Shown: one piece after another, positions 47,284-58,726 of the stretch | How positions within the stretch are numbered: position 1 is the stretch's first letter | How the letters are laid out: each line of letters starts with the position of its first letter | From: Vitrella brassicaformis CCMP3155 | Lineage: Eukaryota > Protista > Chromerida | Direction: 5' to 3' | DNA length: 64,000 bases | Assembly: GCA_001179505.1 (NCBI GenBank) | Contig: CDMY01000488.1 | Span: forward strand, 297,652 to 361,651 | Made by a program: the position numbers and the translations under genes | The notes under the pieces: model-generated | Seen by the model: only the letters and a program-made list of their open reading frames with translations | The model's database searches: none | Told to the model about the DNA's origin: nothing

Positions 47284-50060
47284 GTGGCGACCCCTGTGAC
47301 GAAGACACTGAGGCAGAGGAGGCGCCGGACTGGTGGTCGAGGCTTGGCCAGGGGGAGTGGGGCGGCACATGGGGATGGAACCCATGGGGACCCAGGCGGG
47401 CGTTTCCATGGAAGGGCTATCCGCCAGTGGAGGAGCCGCCACCGGCCGAATTTGCCGCCGCTGTGAGTGGTGCTGAAGGGGCGCCCGTGACGACTTTCCC
47501 GACTGAATTCGACGAGAAGAAGCCATGGCGGTTTGCTCTCTGGAACTTGGGAGCGACTGAGATGGATGACTTGGTCGAGAGGCAGAAGGCCTCCATTCTC
47601 GCTATATATGAACAGGTAGGGGACGAAAGGCAGGGCTTACAGGCCTTCTGATGAGATCGCTGTGCTGTCTTGTCTTGTGTTGTGTGCAGGTGCTAGGTCC
47701 GTATAGGAACGGTTATGCTGCTTTAGTTGGGTTGGCTGACCATGAGAACAAAGGCGACTCGGCTATCAACTACGGAGAGTACCTCATACTCCAGGTCGGC
47801 ACCAGCGAACGACAAACCACACGCCCATTGTCCTCTGACCCATCTCGCTCCGTCTCTCTCTCTCTCTCCTTCTGTGTGTGTGTGTGTGTGTGTGCGTGTG
47901 ATGGATCGGCCAGCACTTCAACATAACGAGTGTCTATCACTGCAGCACCGGCGGGCTGGGCCCCTGCGACATGGACCAGATGGAGAGCGCCGTCCGCAGC
48001 GCTCCCAAGAACCTGGTCATCCTCTGCCACGGTGGAGGCAACTTTGGCGACATCTGGCGGCAGGACCCAGAGGTACACACACTCACCCACTCACTCACTC
48101 ACTCACTCACGAGCGCACCCAACACACACGCGACACGCGCACTGCCACGCCAGGCGTGATGTGACGTCCTGGTGTGTCTGTCTGTGCTGCTGCTATCAGT
48201 TGCGTGAGAGGGTTGTCGCCCGTTTCCTGGACTACGAGATCGTCGTCTTCCCTCAGAGCATCGCATTCACTGATGATGTAAGTCGACCTCCCACCCCAGC
48301 CCGCCCCTCCTCTCTGAACACAGACACTCGACTCTGTCTGTGTCTTTGTCTGTCGTGTGTCGATCCATCGATCAGCGTCAGCGATTGGCGCATGCCCGCC
48401 GTATGCGTCACCGCAGGATCACCTACCTCGTCCGCGACCACGCCTCGTACAAGTTCCTTGTCGACCCCGACAACGGCTTCCAATTCAAGAAGGCGATCCT
48501 GTGCCCCGACTCAGCTTTCATGATCGGCTCAAAGAGGCCGGGGTGGCCGAAGGACATTGACATCTTGTGGGTGCACCGGGGGGACCCCGAGCGGACCGAC
48601 ATCGCCATCCCCAAGGCGCCCGAGGGTGTGGTGATGGTGTCGGAGGACTGGCTCAACTACAAGAAGCTGTCCAAGGCAAACACCGTCAGCTGGCAGAAAT
48701 TCCAGCTCAACTTTTTCATGGACAAGTTCTCACACATGAGGGTCGACAGGGCCTTCTCGTTCCTTGCCAGAGCCAAGGTGCGGGAGGGAGGAATGGGGAT
48801 GGCCGGCTGGCTGTAAATGCGCATGTGGTGTGTGATGGTGTGTGACGCGTGTGTGTGTGTGCATCAGATTGTGGTGACGGAGCGGCTTCACGGTCACATT
48901 CTCTCGACCATGCTCGACACACCACACGTCGTCCTCGACAACAACTACGGGTGCGTACACATCAAACGACCCCCAGCATGCTCATCTGATGAGCCCACTC
49001 CTTCTGTTTGTTCGTTTGTTCGTTCTTCCGTGCAGCAAGATAAGGCACTACCGCGAGACGTGGACGGCCGGCCTCCGAGACGTCCTGGTCGCCAACAGCA
49101 CGGACAGCGCCCTCCAAAGCGCCCTCGTCCTGCTGAACCGGTACCAGCAGGACGAGAAGTCTCCCAAGGGCGGCCGCAACTCGTCGCCCTCAGACTTCAT
49201 TGTCAAGACGGGCAACCAGATGACGACCAAAAGGATGACCGTGCCCGGCAAAGGCAAGCCCACCCCCAAGAGGCCCCGGCCTTCACGCCAGTCGCCAGCC
49301 GGGCCCCAAGGAGATGGAGAGAGTCTGCGCGAGACGGCGGAGAGCCACATACGGCGGGAAGAGGAGGCGAAGGCCAAGAGGACGGCGGCAGCTGTGGAGA
49401 AGAGGAAGGCCGACGCTAAGTTCCGCGAGTGGCATCCTTTGCACATCTGCATGGCGGTGGACGGGGACGGCATCGAGCAGCTGCCGACTGTCCTCAACTC
49501 CATCCACAAGAGCAACGCCGACGACTTTGCGGCCGTGCACGTTCTCCACCGCGATGTCGACTCGGCAAAGAGGGGGATGGTCAACGCGCTGATCGACCGC
49601 TTTGAGGCCAATGGTAGGAGGCACATGGTCCTCGAGTGGGTCCGTGTGCCTGATCACTTCGCCCACTTTGACTCTTACAAGCAGCCGCACGACATGCCCC
49701 ATCTGAGCAAATCGCAGGCCACCATGTGGCGGCTGTTCACCCCCACCATGCTGCCCTTCCAGGACCGGCTGATCTTCCTCGACCTGGACGTCATTGTGGA
49801 CGGCCGGCTGCGGCCGCTGTGGGACCTCCCGCCGCAGCAGCACTGCGGCATATGGGCGCGGAGCTCCAAGACGCCCAAGGTCATCAACGACTGGCTGAAC
49901 GACACGGGCAGCTTCCCAGCGCTCAACTACACGGCTTCCCGATCGTTCAATGCGGGCGTGTTGGTGATGGATCTGTCGTGGCTGCGGGGCAACCATTTCG
50001 AGCCCTTTGCGAAGCGCTACATCAACGAGTACGGCGTGAACGACCAGATCATTCTCAACT
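47064..50060 (+). CDS. Type II membrane protein: polysaccharide pyruvyltransferase (PS_pyruv_trans) fused to a GT8 glycosyltransferase (array copy 1; 3' end lies in the gap)
   Basis: TM segment WGGLVASCAVISLFLTSQLL. Pyruvyltransferase motifs HENKGDSAI, LCHGGGNFGDIW, FPQSI, LVRDHAS, CPDSAF and VVTERLHGHILSTMLDTPHVVLDNNYGKI. The same exon (from about 49037) continues into GT8 motifs RLIFLDLDVIV, FNAGVLVMDL and NDQIILN. Confidence 0.9.
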
Positions 50061-50360
50061 NNNNNNNNNNNNNNNNNNNNNNNNNNNNNNNNNNNNNNNN
50101 NNNNNNNNNNNNNNNNNNNNNNNNNNNNNNNNNNNNNNNNNNNNNNNNNNNNNNNNNNNNNNNNNNNNNNNNNNNNNNNNNNNNNNNNNNNNNNNNNNNN
50201 NNNNNNNNNNNNNNNNNNNNNNNNNNNNNNNNNNNNNNNNNNNNNNNNNNNNNNNNNNNNNNNNNNNNNNNNNNNNNNNNNNNNNNNNNNNNNNNNNNNN
50301 NNNNNNNNNNNNNNNNNNNNNNNNNNNNNNNNNNNNNNNNNNNNNNNNNNNNNNNNNNNN
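50061..50360. other. Assembly gap (300 N) inside the tandem array
   Basis: Run of N between array copies 1 and 2. Confidence 1.
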
Positions 50361-51614
50361 GCCCACACATCCTCGCCCAAGTCGTCGGCCTCCCGCCCCT
50401 CCACCCACTCCCCTCTCCCCCCCAGCCGCAGACCCGCATCCATCGCATGGCTCAAGTGGGGCGGTCTCGTCGCCTCATGCGCCGTCATCTCCCTCTTTCT
50501 CACCTCTCAGCTGCTCTTCTTCCGCTCTTGTGGCGACTCATGTGTCCGCGAGTGGCATCCTTTGCACATCTGCATGGCCGTGGACGGGGACGGCATCGAG
50601 CAGCTGCCGACTGTCCTCAACTCCATCCACAAGAGCAACGCCGACGACTTTGCGGCCGTGCACGTTCTCCACCGCGATGTCGACTCGGCAAAGAGGGGGA
50701 TGGTCAACGCGCTGATCGACCGCTTTGAGGCCAATGGTAGGAGGCACATGGTCCTCGAGTGGGTCCGTGTGCCTGATCACTTCGCCCACTTTGACTCTTA
50801 CAAGCAGCCGCACGACATGCCCCATCTGAGCAAATCGCAGGCCACCATGTGGCGGCTGTTCACCCCCACCATGCTGCCCTTCCAGGACCGGCTGATCTTC
50901 CTCGACCTGGACGTCATTGTGGACGGCCGGCTGCGGCCGCTGTGGGACCTCCCGCCGCAGCAGCACTGCGGCATATGGGCGCGGAGCTCCAAGACGCCCA
51001 AGGTCATCAACGACTGGCTGAACGACACGGGCAGCTTCCCAGCGCTCAACTACACGGCTTCCCGATCGTTCAATGCGGGCGTGTTGGTGATGGATCTGTC
51101 GTGGCTGCGGGGCAACCATTTCGAGCCCTTTGCGAAGCGCTACATCAACGAGTACGGCGTGAACGACCAGATCATTCTCAACTGCTACTGCGACGGCAAA
51201 TATGGAGAGCTGCCGCCGCAATACAACGCCTTCGTTGGTGAGATGGAAATGGGAGGGCTCATGAGTTGTGGACTCACTCGTCTGTCTGGCTGTGTGTATG
51301 TGCATATTCCAGGTTCGTCGAGCAAGAGGGACACGGCACTGGGCAGCAAGGCGCCCATCGTCCTGCACTTCGCTGGCAGACGGAAGCCGTGGAACAACCA
51401 GGACGGGAAGCCACTTGAGTTCCAGGTCAGAAGCTGAGCATCGACTCAGCGACCAGAGCCATGCACCTCCTCTCCCTGTCTGTTTGTGTGTTGATGAATG
51501 CAGAGCAAGTGGGATGAGTATCAGTTGGAGCTGCGGCCTCTGAGTGACGATGAGAGGTCCCAGCCGCTGGCCCCAATGCCTGACGGGCTTCCGCGGCACA
51601 TGCGAATAGGTTGA
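50361..51614 (+). CDS. GT8 glycosyltransferase, array copy 2: TM anchor joined directly to GT8, with no pyruvyltransferase domain (start lies in the gap)
   Basis: In-frame ...FLTSQLLFFRSCGDSCVREWHPLHICMAVD...; DLD, FNAGV, DQIILN and HFAGRRKPW motifs; two 3' introns; stop TGA at 51612-51614. Confidence 0.85.
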
Positions 51615-53142
51615 GATCGGCAGAGGGGTCGCTCACTCCCGTCCTTACTTGAGCACGAAGGCGCCAACTCCTGCGGCGTTCCTGCGGCGCGAACAGGTGC
51701 TCTCGGCGCTGATGACAGACGGAGTGCCAACGTGCTCTCCTTGCGCTGGTTTGCTGGTCACCCAATGCATCAGCGCCCTCACGATCTTCCGCTTCTCCCT
51801 CACTGCTGTCATCCATCACCTCGTCGGCCACGGCAGAAGTGTCCAGTTGTTGGTCGACGAGCCAGCGGATCACTTCTCATGATCTCCCGCGAGAAATCAG
51901 GAAACGTGAGGCTCTTGACCCGCTTTTTTCGCTTCGCTTGTGGCCTTCAGGATGGCGTCCTCTTGGTCTCTCTCACCGTCTCCCTGCTCAACGGGTGCAG
52001 CTGGTGAGTAATATGAGTTCGTCCACTATGTAGAGCGGATGGGTCTTGTCCTCTCGTTTTATGGACGAGAGGATACCAGGGCGTGACAATGCTGTAGCCG
52101 TCAACACCACAAACACTGCAAGCAGACAGGCAGACAGGCATGCAAGAGGGATAATGCGCCACAGGCAGACAGGGGCAATGAACGCTGTCTGGACGCGAGT
52201 GAGGTGCGCTGTCTGCCCTATCTGTCTTGTTCCTGCTTTTTTCTTCCCATCGCTTCCTACCTACCTATATTGATGCTGACATCATGAATCAATGATGACA
52301 GCCGTGACTTTTACCTTTCTGCAAGGTCAACTTCACTTGTTCATAGAAAGTGTCAGCTGTCTGCTCCTTGCCTGCACTGCCAGCGCAGCCACTTTTTGTG
52401 TTGTTGCCTCGAGTGGGCAGTGAGTGGTGCACCCTTGTACAGCTGTGAGGGGGCGGGTGCCTTGTCGTGTGGGCGGATGGATGGATGGATGTGTGGACAC
52501 GGCAATCGCATGAATGGATGGATGGATGGACACCTGTGGCCACAGAGGGTGGTGTGGTGGTGTCATCCATCGGTCGACTGAAACTCTGTGTGTGCCTTGC
52601 GATGAAAAAGCTGTGATTCAATCCAAGAAGCTGGCAGTCTGGTCAAAGAAGCTGGCTTCTGTACTCATGCATACAGCTTTCGTGGACGTTTTCCACCTCC
52701 GCAAGGGTCGCCTGCTGCCCTGTTGTGATATATTAATGGCGAGGCAATTGGTCGGTGAAGAGGAGGCGTTACTCGGGTGGACATCCAAGCGTGGTCCGTG
52801 GCGGGAGCCGCACCCCAGCAAACCCTGCACCCCAAGCAAACCCTGCGCGCTCAGATTGCTCACTCTCCAATTCTTCTCTCCTGATGAGACGGTCATGAAG
52901 GCACGGCAAGAAAGGTGAAGCCCATCAGCTGCGGAGTTTGTTGGTCGCGTTGCTGAGTAGCGGCGTCTCAGAACGGAGGATCAAAGCGGACCGAAGCGGT
53001 GAGGAAACGGGGAAGGCCAGGACACCGCTGCAGCCACATATCTGCAGCTCAGCAACCACACAAAGGTGAGAACATACCTCCTTGATGCACTTGATTCGCC
53101 GCTCTCTTCTCATCTCATTATGTTCGTCTGATGGGTCTGCAG

Positions 53143-53826
53143 ATGGGCGGGCAAGAGCATCGCAGCGACACGAGCAGCCCCGTGTACCACATGGCCCACA
53201 CATCCTCGCCCAAGTCGTCGGCCTCCCGCCCCTCCACCCACTCCCCTCTCCCCCCCAGCCGCAGACCCGCATCCATCGCATGGCTCAAGTGGGGCGGTCT
53301 CGTCGCCTCATGCGCCGTCATCTCCCTCTTTCTCACCTCTCAGCTGCTCTCCTTCCGCTCTTGNNNNNNNNNNNNNNNNNNNNNNNNNNNNNNNNNNNNN
53401 NNNNNNNNNNNNNNNNNNNNNNNNNNNNNNNNNNNNNNNNNNNNNNNNNNNNNNNNNNNNNNNNNNNNNNNNNNNNNNNNNNNNNNNNNNNNNNNNNNNN
53501 NNNNNNNNNNNNNNNNNNNNNNNNNNNNNNNNNNNNNNNNNNNNNNNNNNNNNNNNNNNNNNNNNNNNNNNNNNNNNNNNNNNNNNNNNNNNNNNNNNNN
53601 NNNNNNNNNNNNNNNNNNNNNNNNNNNNNNNNNNNNNNNNNNNNNNNNNNNNNNNNNNNNNNNGTTTGTGTGTTGATGAATGCAGAGCAAGTGGGATGAG
53701 TATCAGTTGGAGCTGCGGCCTCTGAGTGACGATGAGAGGTCCCAGCCGCTGGCTCCAATGCCGCCCGGGCTGGCCATCGCAGTGCCTCAGACGCAGGGCA
53801 ACTCCAAGCCAGAGGTGTGGGTGTGA
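53143..53826 (+). CDS. Array copy 3: N-terminal TM exon and last exon of the same family; middle hidden in the gap
   Basis: MGGQEH...FLTSQLLSFRS matches copy 1. After the gap, SKWDEYQLELRPLSDDERSQPLAPMPPGLAIAVPQTQGNSKPEVWV* has a different tail from copy 2. Confidence 0.75.
53364..53663. other. Assembly gap (300 N); true size probably larger
   Basis: Flanked by the first and last exons of a gene whose paralogs span more than 300 bp between those points. Confidence 1.
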
Positions 53827-55296
53827 TCTGCCTCTTGTTGTTTCCTTTATGGAGGGGGCTTACGGGGTGAATTGCAGTGTACATGTATGGGGCGAGGAGG
53901 GGAGGGCTGTGTTCGTGTGTGTGGGTGTGTATGTATGTTGTAGAGAAGCCTGACTGTGTGTGTGGTGCGTTTGTCGGGCAATGGGCGTTGTTGTATAGTC
54001 CTAAGGGCATCTCTCTGTGGCTCTCTGTGCGGAAGGACATACGCATAGGTCGATCACTTGTTTGGTACAGTGAGTGACCCTGGCCTACCCTCTCTCTCTC
54101 GTATGTACCCTCGAGTGCCTGCCTGCCTGCCTGCCTTGTTTCCTCTGCCTAGTCTAGTTGTGCAGTTGCGGTCTTTTCTTCATTGGTACACATGCTGATG
54201 AGTGCATTCACACACGGTGATGCATTCGATTTGCTTGGCCCAACTCGTCCATCCATGAGATAGATGAGTCCAGCGAATCGAGATTCTGACTAGCTAGCTG
54301 TCCAGTGACCGTGGGTGCAGCCAGGTATTGCCTCTTCATGTGGTTCCTTTCCCGTCCTTCTCTCCTTCTGATGGCCACGTGGTGATCTTCTGACTGAGGC
54401 TACGGATTGAACAGCTTTCCAGCGGGCGAGCAACGGTAAGTGATGGCGCACTGTTTGGTGTGCCTCACTTGACGTAGCTCGTGCGCTGCACGGCTGTTGT
54501 CTGATCCAAAGCCAGCCACACCGTGTCCCTGACTCATTTCTCCCTCTATCTGTCTACCTACCTGTCCCCCCTTGCCTCCCTCCCTCCCTCCCTCCCTCCC
54601 TGCTCACCTCCTCAACAGCAGCTGTCCGTTGGCGGTTTTGTCCACGCCACCATGTCAGACACACTGACTGGGCAAGGGAGGGGGGTGCCATGTCATGTCG
54701 TGTGTGCATGTATGTGTCTTTGTGTGTGTGGGTATGGATTGCTGAATGAGAGGAGGAGGAGGAAGAGGAGGGGGGGCGCCGCGGTGCCTTGCCTCTTTTC
54801 CCTCGACAGACATTGATGATTGATTGATTGAATGATAGCACGTCGGTCTACAATTCGCAAGCTGTCTACCTGTGTATGATGCGCGTCTCTCTCTCCCTCT
54901 CTCTCCCGTTGCTGATCCCATCCACATAGAGTATCATGTGCAGCTTCCTGCCTGCCTGCTCGCGTGTCGGTGTGCTGTTTGTCCCTCATGGATGGATGGA
55001 TTATGGATAGATGGCTAGATGTCTGTGGGTAGCGGGACAGACAGACTTGAGTCCGTCAGATTTGCGAGGGGCATTTTTTCGGTCGTCCTTGCACTGCACA
55101 CACACGTGACGGACGATTGATTGCACCACGACGACAGCGTCGACAGACGTGCAGTAAGGCCATCGCCCGTCAGATGGGGACAGGCAGACAAGACAGTTTT
55201 GTGTCAACACAACTTTTTGGCCAATCGATCAGAGAATTGCCAACCTATCGCCAATGGACACACATCTCACCCGCCACCACCCACGGCACACGTGCG

Positions 55297-56004
55297 TCAG
55301 AATCCGGCCGAGAAGTAGCCAGCAGTGATCTGTCTCCACTGATAAATGTCAATGTGCTCTGGCTTGCCAATGAGCGGCCCTGTGCCCGGTGCCTCTGGCG
55401 GCTCGTACATGAGCTCATGAGGCTCCCAGTACAATCGGTCAATCGGCTGCTGCTGCTGCTGCCCCCCGGACCGCCCCAGCTGCCGTGATTCGTTCCTCAG
55501 CATTTGGATGGCATACTCGTGGGCCTGGAGCAACTGCACTTCACGAGCCTGCACTCCATGGCCACACACGCACACCAGCGTGTTGATGATGCGTGTGTTT
55601 CGCTTACGCATTCGTCCCACGCCTCGCATATCAGCGCGTGCATCTCCTGCTTGTGGTGGAGCAGCGCCACGTCTGGTGTGCGGTCGTCTATCTCATCCAA
55701 ACGGAGTGACCGCTCAAAGAAGGCCCTGAAAGACTGCAAATGACAACCAACACACACACACCGAGACAACATCCAGACACACGACACAGACGTGTGTCTC
55801 GCACGCACCCTCTCGTCGACCACTCTGGCCTCTGCGTCCTGCGACAGGAGTGATCCGCTGCTGTTTGCTGGGTGCTGCTGTGAGCGTGCCATGGCCTCAA
55901 AGACGCGGTCCTGCATCGCATACTCTCGCCCGCACCTGTCAATCAGCACCAGAAGCAGAGTCCCCAGTGCTGATCGATCGACAGACAAAGACAGAGAGAC
56001 AGAG

Positions 56005-56036
<32 letters not shown>

Positions 56037-56830
56037 GAGACATGAATGGAATAAAAGCAGAGATGGTGAGACGCACGGTGCAAAGCGCGCACGATGGAAG
56101 ATGTTGGCAGTGACAGTGTGCCACGTCTCGAATCCAAACTCGTGTGACCCCTGAGATCATGATCATACACACGACACACAATGCTATGCTCGGTGGTGAG
56201 ACACGTGTTGATGTGTCACATCAGTCAGTCGTCTCTTACGATTTCGGCCCACGATTTGTCGATGAGTTCGTGTATCTCCCTGTACTTGGCATCGTTGCAG
56301 TGGGACGACTTCCAGTGCTCTATCGGGTCAGTCGGGCACAGCACCTCCATGAGATAACCAAAGAACGACTGCAAAGAAACAAGGAGGAAACAGACACAGA
56401 AGCACCTTACGTGTCTCTTTCCTCCGCGTTTGGTGCAGCAGCGAGTACGTACGTCATATGTGGCGTGGTCATGTACGCCAGAGACGATCATGCCTCTGAA
56501 GACGTCCTCGCTGCTGCACACGCTGCGGCCGCCAAGACACGCTATCACACGAATGAGGAGCTGCTTCAGATAGATGTGCGGCTGCATCCCGCCCAACGGC
56601 AAAGGAATAGCCCCGGGACCACCGTGTCTGATCCGCCTGAGCGACGTGGCGTGTCCCTGGTGAAAGTGGTGTCTCATGGCTGCCCAGTATGCGGTGGTGT
56701 CGGTGAGGACGGCCGGCAGATGACCCGTGAGGGGGAAGGTGCTCAGCCTCGTGGCAGCCACTCGAGCTGCGGCCTCGGAGCTGGTGTTGCCTTGAGTGTA
56801 GGAGGGTGCCAGTGGAGGGCCTGAACAATC
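55297..56830 (-). CDS. Multi-exon hypothetical protein
   Basis: Exon-like segments SFFGYLMEVLCPTDPIEHWK...KSWAEI, LGTLLLVLIDRCG, SFRAFFERSLRLDEID and VQAREVQLLQAHEYAIQML...YFSAGF*, separated by microsatellite introns. 5' end unresolved. Confidence 0.45.
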
Positions 56831-57254
56831 ACAAAAAGGAGGCTCTTCAATTCCCGCCCCGTCCTGGCGGCATCTCTCCCTCATCTCTCCCTCCTTCATA
56901 GCTGTCTTACTCCTGCTGTTGTGCCGTCGAAGTTCGACTCTCATCCTTCGGTTACCCATATCGCGGGCATGCGAGTGCAGGTGAGTGACCCTCATGGCTG
57001 CAAACAAACATGAGCATATCCACAAGCGGCTGCGCTGCTGATGCAGGGCAATAGATGGAAGGCTTAGCTTGGTCTGGTCTCACCCTTCGATGAAAGCGAG
57101 GGAATGCGGGGGCGGTCGTGGGTGCTGGTTCGTGAGGCTGTTGCTCCCAGGAGGCAATAGAGGGCCACGAGAAACCGCATGGCGACTCGGAGACTGGGGG
57201 TGAGACGGGAGAAGGGGGGATGGGGGGCAGCGCGACCGGCAGTATCTTACTTAA

Positions 57255-58164
57255 ATGGGTGTCGGCCGCTTCATGTTGCTCTGCGCTCTTCTTGTCGGCT
57301 TCGTGGTTGGTGGCCAGGGTCAGCATGGCCCCACCCCCGAAGATACCCAGGATTGGAACTCCAGAGGTAATCCGCTCGTGGGGCTGGTGCATGGACAAAC
57401 CGCAGATGCATTGCTTCCTTCTCACTTCCTTCTCACTTGCTGCGTGTTTTGCAGTGATGACTGCCGACTATCCCTCACAGACAGGTCGGTTAAACTTTCG
57501 CAAACAAACACACAGTTTTCCTTTGCAAATGAGGTGTGGAGTCTCAAAGAGAGTTTGTTTGTTGCAGGGAAGATAGGGGATGAGCTTGCCAGCCTCAAAC
57601 AGACCCTGCAGACACTCCAGGCCGAGATGAAACGGACAGCAATGGACGCTGGGATGACGGACGCCTTCAAGACAGCCATTCAGACCATCCGAGCGAACGG
57701 CGAAGCCCTTCAGGCTGGATTCTCAGCCGACAGCATCAAGGCCGCAGCAAAGAGCCGAAGCAGTGAGTCGACAAAGAGGACGCACAGTGGGCAGAGTGCT
57801 CTACATTGACGATATATATGTGGTGTCCTCTTGCGCATCAGCGGGCCGGTGGATGTACAAGTGGACGTCGGCAGAGCACTGCCTCGAGAACCAACGCAGC
57901 TACTGCCTCGAGGAAAAAGGTCCGCAATTCCGCCTCATTATCGTGCATGCAGGCAGGCAGGCATTCCTTGGCCTCTCATGTCTCTTTGTTTCTTCAGAGA
58001 AGGGCAGGTCCTGGACGGTGTTTGCCTTGGATAAGAGCGGGAGCAAGGGTCAGCGGGTGGGGACGGCCGAGCCGATCGAGGGCGAGAAGTGGGAAAGGCG
58101 AGTCAAGCTGGACGAGAAGCTGGGGGGCCACACATGCGAAATACTCAGTGATGCCAGGTGCTAG
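57255..58164 (+). CDS. Small secreted protein (signal peptide, helical middle, Cys-containing C-terminus)
   Basis: MGVGRFMLLCALLVGFVVGGQG signal peptide; five exons joined in phase 1; ends GGHTCEILSDARC*. Confidence 0.7.
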
Positions 58165-58726
58165 CAGATGAGGACAGGACAATCTTCTCTCTCTTTTTCG
58201 GAAAGGCATCTGTACCCATCATTCGTCACACGTGCATCCATCGGTTCCTTCTTACACACTGTGGATGGACGCCAAGTCTTCTGTGCACACACGTAAAGGG
58301 CGGCTTCATGTACACAATACGAAGGATGACGCATTTTCCCACCCCATTCCTCCCCCGCCCCACGTACGTCACACGATCGAATGACTGACACTAATGTACC
58401 CACTCAAAAGCCAACCGACTCTCTGGCAAGAGACGACACACACACATGCCATGCGATCAGTCCACACGGCCCAAGAGCACAGTGCGATTGATTGTGGTCA
58501 GCCAGTCCGGCCCCATCCCACAACCTGACTGCCCGATGAGACATGCGATGCGCAGACCTGCGATGCGCCGAATAAGACCTGTTTTCTACATACACGAAAG
58601 CTCACTCACACCACCACACAGATGAACACACTGTATACAACCTGACCTGTCTGCACGCAACACCAAAAACAGAACCACAAGACACTCGATGGCACCATTC
58701 TACCACACGCAGCATCCCCCCCAACC

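Noticed and set aside
51650-52020. Acidic minus-strand ORF (WLVDQQLDTSAVADEVMDD...)
   Set aside because: Short, stop-bounded, without motifs or a clear splice path; a decayed coding relic cannot be excluded.
56952-57425. Minus-strand 157-aa ORF overlapping the secreted-protein gene
   Set aside because: It overlaps a better-supported plus-strand signal-peptide exon and could not be spliced in frame to the downstream minus-strand gene.
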